Source: a virus (Duplodnaviria > Caudoviricetes). From it: 56,483 nucleotides of DNA. How positions within the stretch are numbered: position 1 is the stretch's first letter; each line of letters begins with the position of its first letter. Under the pieces are notes generated by a model. It had not been told where the DNA came from and made no database searches. It saw only the letters and a program-made list of their open reading frames with translations. The stretch covers positions 1-56,483 of the IMG/VR virus record IMGVR_UViG_3300031227_000050; one strand, given 5' to 3'. Shown here piece by piece: positions 38,234 through 44,959 of this stretch. The translations under genes and the position numbers were made by a program.

Positions 38234-39073
38234 CTACCTCGGTGGAGGAGGGCAAAAGAATCTCTCCGGTTCCCCTGGAAAAGGGTTGGGAATATCTACC
38301 TCCACAGGTACACCCTTCGCTCTTAATGCTTCAACTGAATCATAATATAACACCACCACTGTCTTAGAAGAAATAGCTTTCTCGAAGCTTACCTTTCTCA
38401 CAGAACTGTTAATGGTATCACCATAACATGTGCCTAATGAAGCTGGTATAGCAGCAGGTACTTTACTACTACGTGACATTGAACCACCACAACATGACGA
38501 AGCACTAGGTGTATTACTCATACAACGTGCTTTCATTGTTACATCTGGAAGAACTATCCCACCACTAGTAAATTCTTCTCTTTCATAACCATATGATGGT
38601 AAAGTGTTGTTATACTCATTAGTACCAACCCACTTCAGGGGTATAGGATGAATATTTTCCCAAACATCTGGTTGTGGTAGTGGTGGTTGTGGTATGGTAT
38701 GACGAATGTTTTCATCATAAAATGCAACACCAATCACACCTACATTATTAGGTCTACCGGTTTTAGCTGCGTAAGATTTTTCTTTTCGACCAACAACAAA
38801 TGTTGCAACCTCTTCCATATTATTGCGCCAACCTTGAATGTTAATAGAACACCAAGGTGCAATCACATAACCGTTACCATCGCTGGTGGCATCAGTACCA
38901 TCAAGTACATTAACACCATCAACTGAAATTACTGCCAACGTTCGTTTGTTACTATTGTTACGTAGTTTCAAACTAAACCTTTTATTCAGGACAACTGGCA
39001 AATATGTCTTGCCCTGAAAGCTTACTTTTCTGACGGGTTTGCCGTCAATCATCATCTCTACTATATTCTTCAT
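38234..39073 (-). CDS. conserved hypothetical protein embedded in the tRNA cluster
   Basis: LAVISVDGVNVLDG..GYVI.PW..I.GWR..SYAAKTGRPNNVGVIGVAF. Confidence 0.75.
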   Translation of the reverse strand: MKNIVEMMIDGKPVRKVSFQGKTYLPVVLNKRFSLKLRNNSNKRTLAVISVDGVNVLDGTDATSDGNGYVIAPWCSINIQGWRNNMEEVATFVVGRKEKSYAAKTGRPNNVGVIGVAFYDENIRHTIPQPPLPQPDVWENIHPIPLKWVGTNEYNNTLPSYGYEREEFTSGGIVLPDVTMKARCMSNTPSASSCCGGSMSRSSKVPAAIPASLGTCYGDTINSSVRKVSFEKAISSKTVVVLYYDSVEALRAKGVPVEVDIPNPFPGEPERFFCPPPPR

Positions 39074-39115
39074 AGTATTTACCTTCCGTATCTTCTCATC
39101 TCATTTTGGAAAGAG

Positions 39116-39187
39116 AGCTGACGGAGGGAGTCGAACCCAATTCGACCGCTTTACAAGAGCGGCGCATAACCGTTCTGCCACGTCAGC
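39116..39187 (-). tRNA. tRNA-Thr(TGT)
   Basis: CCGCT-CT-TGT-AA-AGCGG. Confidence 0.9.
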
Positions 39188-39191
39188 AGTT

Positions 39192-39248
39192 GGTGACAAG
39201 TATTGTAATGATTTCAAGATACTTTATGTAGTCATTACTGCATTCACC
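39192..39248 (-). ncRNA. Y-RNA-like small RNA, copy 1
   Basis: GGTGAATGCA-GTAATGA...TCATTAC-AATACTTGTCACC. Confidence 0.55.
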
Positions 39249-39251
39249 GAG

Positions 39252-39334
39252 CGGAAGGTGGAGGAGTCGAACCCCCACGCTTCACCGTGCCCTGGCGTTC
39301 AAGACCAGTTGCCCACCAACGAGCGGCACCTTCC
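39252..39334 (-). tRNA. tRNA-Ser(TGA)
   Basis: CTGGT-CT-TGA-AC-GCCAG, long variable arm, G73. Confidence 0.88.
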
Positions 39335-39390
39335 AAAACTGAGTCCTATAGACCCAGTTAATCCGGTTTACTAGCACCGGAGGGGTAAAA

Positions 39391-39482
39391 ATATGTGACA
39401 AGGGATGAGGCGAATATTCCTTGGGCATTACAAGGTTAGCCTTCATAATTGGATATGTAATCGCTACTCGACATTCACATAT
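39391..39482 (-). ncRNA. Y-RNA-like small RNA, copy 2 (longer)
   Basis: ATATGTGAATGTCGAGTAGCGATTACAT...TCGCCTCATCCCTTGTCACATAT. Confidence 0.5.
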
Positions 39483-39643
39483 ATATTATATTCTATTATA
39501 GATTCTTCAGCAAATCTTTCTTTATGACGACACTTGCGTTTCTGTTGACACCAATCACAGTTGCATCTATATCGTCTATTGTTAGGGCGCTTTTTCTTTA
39601 TATCTTTGGGAGAACGGTACATCTTTTTCTCCTAGTAGCTTAT

Positions 39644-39705
39644 AGGTGACAAAAATTATAATGAATTCAAATATTGTATGTATGTAATCATTACTGCATT
39701 CACCT
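39644..39705 (-). ncRNA. Y-RNA-like small RNA, copy 3
   Basis: AGGTGAATGCAGTAATGATTACAT...TCATTATAATTTTTGTCACCT. Confidence 0.55.
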
Positions 39706-39708
39706 GAG

Positions 39709-39788
39709 CGGAAGACATGGGATTCGAACCCACAACCCGTTAAGGTACCTCAGTTCCAATGAGGCCGCTAACCGTTCGCCTATCTTCC
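39709..39788 (-). tRNA. tRNA-Ser(GGA)
   Basis: CCTCA-TT-GGA-AC-TGAGG, variable arm, G73. Confidence 0.85.
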
Positions 39789-40022
39789 TTTTGTATATAG
39801 TCTGTTCCAAGCATCTAATTGAAATGACACTGCATTAGAAACATTTGTCATATTAGGCATTCTAAACCAATTCCAATAACCCGTAGGATATTCCTTGGTA
39901 GCCATAAACTTACGCTTACGCTTCCAAAAGAATAAGAATGTTTGTTCACAAGTTATAGTTGTTACTTGTTGTTCTATATCACCATACTTTAGCTTTTGTA
40001 TTCCTCTACTCAACATTTTCAT
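39780..40022 (-). CDS. hypothetical protein
   Basis: ORF with GGAG RBS; stop lies in the tRNA-Ser 5' end. Confidence 0.55.
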   Translation of the reverse strand: MKMLSRGIQKLKYGDIEQQVTTITCEQTFLFFWKRKRKFMATKEYPTGYWNWFRMPNMTNVSNAVSFQLDAWNRLYTKGR

Positions 40023-40058
40023 TTGGTAGCTCCAATTATTGTCCTATAGTAAAATAAA

Positions 40059-40120
40059 TATGATGGAATAAGTCTTTGAACTCCTTCAATGGAAGGAATG
40101 ACACCCTGAACTCCATCGTA
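40059..40120. repeat. 62-nt dispersed structured repeat, copy C
   Basis: close to copy A in sequence; directly 3' of tRNA-Val. Confidence 0.85.
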
Positions 40121-40124
40121 AAAG

Positions 40125-40197
40125 TAGCCACTAAGGGAATCGAACCCCTGTTTGCCGGATGTAAGCCGGCTGCACTTAACCGTTGTACTAAGCGGCT
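40125..40197 (-). tRNA. tRNA-Val(TAC)
   Basis: GCCGG-CT-TAC-AT-CCGGC. Confidence 0.88.
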
Positions 40198-40200
40198 ATA

Positions 40201-40264
40201 TGGGGCTGGCAACATATTAGGGGTATATATTGTCTCGAACGATAGATACATGCCGCCAGCCACC
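40201..40264 (-). ncRNA. 64-nt hairpin RNA ending in CCA at the head of the tRNA operon
   Basis: 14-bp stem GGCTGGCGGCATGT/ATATGTTGCCAGCC with three G-U pairs, starting ~7 nt after the -10 box. Confidence 0.5.
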
Positions 40265-40270
40265 ATTTGT

Positions 40271-40298
40271 AGTATACACTAATTTGGCGAATTGTCAA
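40271..40298 (-). promoter_or_regulatory. sigma70-like promoter of the tRNA operon
   Basis: TTGACA-N16-TATACT. Confidence 0.8.
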
Positions 40299-40491
40299 GC
40301 GAAAAATCTGGGATTTTCGCAGGACCGGAGTTTTTTTTGTCGCAAATTTCTTGTGCTTTTTCTTGTTTCAAATAGTATGCTATTCCTAATCGTTCTAACT
40401 TGCGGTCCCATAAATACCATACTAACCTACCAGGATGAAATGCCTCTTTAATCCCACGCATAATGTCTTTAACTATGTAGCGGTTTTCCAT
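40279..40491 (-). CDS. hypothetical protein
   Basis: ORF with AAGGA RBS. Confidence 0.5.
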   Translation of the reverse strand: MENRYIVKDIMRGIKEAFHPGRLVWYLWDRKLERLGIAYYLKQEKAQEICDKKNSGPAKIPDFSLDNSPN

Positions 40492-40566
40492 TACGTTATC
40501 CTTCAAGTGAAATCTTGTTAACAATATCAACAAAGTGTGAACCATCACGATTCATAAAGTTTCCCA

Positions 40567-40966
40567 TCACATTTTGGGCTGTAGAATTTTACCCAGACTA
40601 CCTTTGGTTGTCCATTCTCCACGCTTATCATTCTTAGCGTGCATTTGATATTCGTACTCAGCTATAGCTGTTTCTTTGTCGGGACCACAGATGAATTGAC
40701 ATGCGGAACTAGGTTGTCCCACTCTACCATATTCAAAGTATGCATACCATTCCTGAGTTTTAGTAGACTGAACCACTGCGCCATGATAATACTTGTTAGT
40801 GTCAATTGTTACCCTGTTTGAAACATCCCATATCACATAACATGGTCTCGTTAAACACACCATCTTGTGTAGAAGGAGGTCCAAAACATTTAAAATCGTC
40901 AGACATATGATTATCAGGAAACATTCCCTTCTTGAGTTTAGTACCCTTGAGTCTTCTCCTAGCCAT
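40567..40966 (-). pseudogene. frameshifted WGR-domain gene (PARP-type N-terminus)
   Basis: ...DMGCFKQG / frame change near 40805 / DTNKYYHGAVVQ...WYAYFEYGRVG...K.DKRG. Confidence 0.6.
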
Positions 40967-41534
40967 AATTAGTTTCCGAATCATGATGGTCTGGTGCAAA
41001 TATATCTTGTTTCAATAAGGTTTCAATAGCAGAATATAACTCAACGGGTAACATGAGTTGATTATCTAAACCAATATCCACACATCTACCTAGTGGTTGA
41101 TAGCTACCATGACAATGCCCAAAAAAATGGACAGAGCCAGCACCGTTCTCGTTCCATACGGCTAGCGGAAAATGATTGAAGACTACCAATGTTCTATGAA
41201 CCCGCATTTCATAATGCTTATGTACACTCATAAAACAATTATCAAACCCGAGTTGTAACAATCTTCTATCGTGATTACCAATAAGAAGATGTATACTACG
41301 ACAATTGATTCTTGCTCTAAGCTCTGGTATAAGTTGCTTGTCACCAAAGGCGAAGTCACCAAGATGCCATAGGGTATCATCGGGTTTAACCATCATGTTG
41401 ATGTTATCTATGATGGTGTCGTTCATTTGTTCCAAGGACTCAAAGTTTCTATATCCGCGCTTCCAGTTAGACATAGAAGGACCACAAATATTGGTGTGGT
41501 TAAAATGTGTATCCGCAGTTAACCAAGTTGCCAT
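40959..41534 (-). CDS. calcineurin-like metallophosphoesterase
   Basis: ADTHFNH, HLGDF, GNHD, NHFP, GHCH. Confidence 0.9.
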   Translation of the reverse strand: MATWLTADTHFNHTNICGPSMSNWKRGYRNFESLEQMNDTIIDNINMMVKPDDTLWHLGDFAFGDKQLIPELRARINCRSIHLLIGNHDRRLLQLGFDNCFMSVHKHYEMRVHRTLVVFNHFPLAVWNENGAGSVHFFGHCHGSYQPLGRCVDIGLDNQLMLPVELYSAIETLLKQDIFAPDHHDSETNYG

Positions 41535-41667
41535 CTAACACTCTCCTTCTATGATAAAACACAGGCTAATACACACAAACATATAATTATACCAATGGTT
41601 ATTCCCGACATCCACTCCCATATAGGACTATGATTATCTAGTTCTTCTTGTGACCATAGAGTCATAC

Positions 41668-41874
41668 TCATTTTTCTATTCCTAACTTATCTAATTCACC
41701 CTCTATCATTGCCAATGCACCACCTTCGACACAACGTTCCAGCATAGCATAATACTTACGTAGAGTTGATAGTTTATCCGACATACCACCATGTATTTCT
41801 ACAGCTTTTCTACACCTTGTGACTACCTTATCAACCTCAGATTGAGAACAATTATTTTGATTTCCAAAACTCAT
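41668..41874 (-). CDS. hypothetical protein
   Basis: ORF in operon. Confidence 0.5.
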   Translation of the reverse strand: MSFGNQNNCSQSEVDKVVTRCRKAVEIHGGMSDKLSTLRKYYAMLERCVEGGALAMIEGELDKLGIEK

Positions 41875-41875
41875 T

Positions 41876-42379
41876 CTATAACCTATTCTTATAATCTTCT
41901 ATATGCAAATCAGGAAATCTCGCCCGAATTCGTGGTAACACACAGGATTCAAAACGCCCATGCATATTAACTATAGTTGCATAAGGTACATTATGAGTCG
42001 TTTTTTCTGTACATGTTGCAGTAGAACCTGCCCAATCTGTTTGAGGAACAGCAAGCTCTACCCAGTATTCAAAGTAATTTGCTATCTGTAGATAGGGATG
42101 CATTTCCTGCACAGTAAGGTTGGTGTTGTCAACAATAACATTGTAACCAAGATTACATACTATTGACACTCTACGCTGGTTCCATTTGTGGGCGGCCCCT
42201 ATTAAACTAGCATCCCATTTATAAATATCACCAACCATAAAGTAATCGTCAGTTGATAAGATTATCGGTCTCTTACCATCATCATAACAGTGTTTATGGT
42301 GCAAATAATCATAAATTTGTCTTGCTAAAAATGACTTACCAGAACCCGGCAGGCCACGCATAATTATCATCTTGCTCAT
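41876..42379 (-). CDS. P-loop polynucleotide-kinase-like protein (AAA_33/N4BP2-like)
   Basis: MRGLPGSGKS, STDDYF, AHKWNQ, IVDNTN, THNVP. Confidence 0.85.
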   Translation of the reverse strand: MSKMIIMRGLPGSGKSFLARQIYDYLHHKHCYDDGKRPIILSTDDYFMVGDIYKWDASLIGAAHKWNQRRVSIVCNLGYNVIVDNTNLTVQEMHPYLQIANYFEYWVELAVPQTDWAGSTATCTEKTTHNVPYATIVNMHGRFESCVLPRIRARFPDLHIEDYKNRL

Positions 42380-42657
42380 TTTTTCTCCCATGAAATATGT
42401 AGGCAGTGTACAGTAAAAAAGGTTTGTTCCAACTCAATGTCAAAACCTTTCGTTTTAAAGTGGAGTAATATATACTCCATGTCAGAGTTTTTAGAAATGT
42501 ATACAGCAACCTCATCTTTTCTATCTTTTGCGGCAGCTTTTATCTTAGAAACAATGTTTCTTACATCTTCATTTGTACATGTTACCACCCATTTAGAGCG
42601 TGCATTAGCTGTAACTTCTCTAATAACATCTAAAGTAAACGGTTTTTTTTGAACCAC
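42376..42657 (-). CDS. hypothetical protein
   Basis: coupled ORF. Confidence 0.55.
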   Translation of the reverse strand: MVQKKPFTLDVIREVTANARSKWVVTCTNEDVRNIVSKIKAAAKDRKDEVAVYISKNSDMEYILLHFKTKGFDIELEQTFFTVHCLHISWEKK

Positions 42658-42660
42658 ATT

Positions 42661-43710
42661 TTAACCCTCCGGTTTGAGTAACTTCCATATCATCTTGGCA
42701 TAGTCATGCTCATCCATCATAGCAAACACAATATGTCTATAACGATAGTCTTTAATAAGATTGGCTACATACTTACGAGTCCAACTTGGGTCTATAGTAA
42801 CCTCATTGAGTTTATTCCACACTTCGGTCTCGATAACACGATATTTCTTTCTAAGTCCACTCTGAACACTAAGTATCCATTCAAAGTATTCATCGGGTAC
42901 ATTCTTAGGGTCTATTTCATAACTGTCACGCTCCCACTCCCAGAGTTTCTTTTCAGTTATGCTAGTCATAATATAATGAAGCCGCTTGTATTCCTCATAC
43001 TTGAACTTCAATCGGAAACCGTCCTCAAAGATAAGAACATAACCCTCGGCGTTGTCTCTATCGGGAGCCGCCTCTAATTCCTCAATAGTATTAATGTGAT
43101 ACAGCTTAGCAAACTTCATATATTTATTCATCAAAGACCACTCATCCCAATCATCTAAACCAGTATCATTATTCAGAACAGCTAAAAGAATTAATGCACG
43201 CTCATTTTTATAATTTACCACAATTCTATTTTCTGGGTAAATTATTTCAACCATATAGGTACAATCTATTGCAAAGGTTAACCAGTTATATTTTTCTTGC
43301 AATATTTTATTGGCTTCAATAGCCTGGTCTGATTCAAATGAACCCCTAGTGGCAATTTCCCACTTAGTTAGCAAAGGATTGTAGAAAAGTATCCCCAACG
43401 AACCATCTATCTTTTCCATGGTGATGAAGCGTTCATTAAAAATGTCTTTGAACTTACGACCATACAGGTGATGAACCTTATTTCTTATGGAAGTTAGTTG
43501 GTCAATAGTGAAGAACTTCTTAAGTGGTCTTGCTATGATGTTCCACTCGGCATCAACTATGAGCCCACGACACACAATAGTAGCTTCGTTCCACTCAAAA
43601 TCAAACTGGGTTTGTGGAGTGTAGTTTAATATCCACAAGTCACAGGTTGGATGCTTGCGGCGAGAAACATAACCTTTCTCAATCATCTTTTTAATTAATG
43701 GAATGTTCAT
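42661..43710 (-). CDS. T4 Rnl1-like RNA ligase
   Basis: ILNYT, CRGLI, RPLKKFF, EKIDGSLG, ATRGSF, EIIYPENRIVV, EGYV, RLKFKYEEY. Confidence 0.92.
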   Translation of the reverse strand: MNIPLIKKMIEKGYVSRRKHPTCDLWILNYTPQTQFDFEWNEATIVCRGLIVDAEWNIIARPLKKFFTIDQLTSIRNKVHHLYGRKFKDIFNERFITMEKIDGSLGILFYNPLLTKWEIATRGSFESDQAIEANKILQEKYNWLTFAIDCTYMVEIIYPENRIVVNYKNERALILLAVLNNDTGLDDWDEWSLMNKYMKFAKLYHINTIEELEAAPDRDNAEGYVLIFEDGFRLKFKYEEYKRLHYIMTSITEKKLWEWERDSYEIDPKNVPDEYFEWILSVQSGLRKKYRVIETEVWNKLNEVTIDPSWTRKYVANLIKDYRYRHIVFAMMDEHDYAKMIWKLLKPEG

Positions 43711-43718
43711 TGTATTTC

Positions 43719-44177
43719 CTAAATGCCTTGCGGTGGTGTTACTACCTTCTTAGTATCAAGCTTAGGGTTTGCAACCATTATTCTTTGTGCTACAATAGTT
43801 GTAAATGTCTTACCTTCGCTCCACTGTTGTCCAATAGCAACAACGCTATGGTTATTGAATTCAACGTTGACTACAGCCAGTGTTATCTCAGGTTTAAGAT
43901 TAAATCTAAAATCATTATCTCTAAGATAGGTTAACGCCTCATGTTGATTGACAAACAAATGATAACCCGAGGTGTATGATTTACCATCCTCGCCAACGAT
44001 AGGAACATTAGTTGACTGTAGCCACTTGTTAAATTCTTCTGCATATTCTATGCCATAGTTAGTCAGACTACTATTATTATCTATGTTGTGACAAAATATT
44101 GGGTGCCACATATTAGGTAGCTCTCTTCTAAGAATAACGACTTTCCAAGCAGTAGTTTGTACTGAGCTTAAACACAT
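43719..44177 (-). CDS. hypothetical protein
   Basis: AGGAG RBS; first gene after a promoter. Confidence 0.65.
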   Translation of the reverse strand: MCLSSVQTTAWKVVILRRELPNMWHPIFCHNIDNNSSLTNYGIEYAEEFNKWLQSTNVPIVGEDGKSYTSGYHLFVNQHEALTYLRDNDFRFNLKPEITLAVVNVEFNNHSVVAIGQQWSEGKTFTTIVAQRIMVANPKLDTKKVVTPPQGI

Positions 44178-44217
44178 TTTATGTCTCCTTCTTATTCAAA
44201 ACTGTAAGGTTCACGGT

Positions 44218-44245
44218 ATTATAGCACAAATTTCGCCGTTGTCAA
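44218..44245 (-). promoter_or_regulatory. sigma70-like promoter of the RNA-repair operon
   Basis: TTGACA-N16-TATAAT. Confidence 0.8.
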
Positions 44246-44248
44246 TAG

Positions 44249-44284
44249 AAAAAGACGGCCAAATTTTGAAAATCTGGCCGCCTT
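44249..44284 (-). terminator. intrinsic terminator
   Basis: GGCGGCCAGATTT-TCA-AAATTTGGCCGTC-TTTTT. Confidence 0.8.
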
Positions 44285-44308
44285 TCGCATTGTAAAATGT
44301 CAAGAAGT

Positions 44309-44941
44309 TTATGTACCTTGATAGGTAGCTGGTTCCTGACTTGGAAGCGTACCCTGTGGGATATCGCTCTTGTTGACTTCTCCACCCTTACGCTGGGTAA
44401 GAGTATACAACTGGTTGAGCAAGCTCGCCAACATGGTGGCCTCGTATTTGGTGATATTGTCAGTTTGATGGCGACTGTCTAAGCGAGTAGCTTCAACAAA
44501 AAACCTATCCAGACCCGTAACAAACGAACGAGCCATGTCATTTGGACAAGTGGTTGGTGTTACTTGTGGAATATCGACATCTGCGCCGCTTAAATCCCAC
44601 ACAACCTCGCGCAACATACCTACAGGCATCAACACATTATCTGTAGTTAATGCGTTAATGTTGAAGTCTTCTTCTAGACTTCTGGTAGTGTCTGCCGCCT
44701 GTGCTTCTAATTCCTCTTGAGTATACTCATCAGGATTATAGGCAATGTTTTCTAGTGTATCGCGTAGTTTTTCTAACTCGACGCACATGTAAGTGTTGAG
44801 AGCATCGTTCCAACCAGATTGAGCTAAGAACTCGCTACGGAGTGTCAATTGCTTGCGGAATTTGATGACCTCTGCTAACAAAAAGTGTACCCCAATATTA
44901 GGGAACAATGTATTAGCACCTTGAAAAGTGTTGTTAGGCAT
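44309..44941 (-). CDS. hypothetical acidic protein
   Basis: AGGAG RBS; ends at a terminator. Confidence 0.7.
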   Translation of the reverse strand: MPNNTFQGANTLFPNIGVHFLLAEVIKFRKQLTLRSEFLAQSGWNDALNTYMCVELEKLRDTLENIAYNPDEYTQEELEAQAADTTRSLEEDFNINALTTDNVLMPVGMLREVVWDLSGADVDIPQVTPTTCPNDMARSFVTGLDRFFVEATRLDSRHQTDNITKYEATMLASLLNQLYTLTQRKGGEVNKSDIPQGTLPSQEPATYQGT

Positions 44942-44959
44942 CTTTTTTATCTCCTAAAA

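Noticed and set aside
40202-40265. Plus-strand GGGGCTG...GCCAGCCACCA resembling tmRNA ends
   Set aside because: Only ~64 nt, with no T arm or tag ORF; G-U pairs and the promoter favour the minus strand
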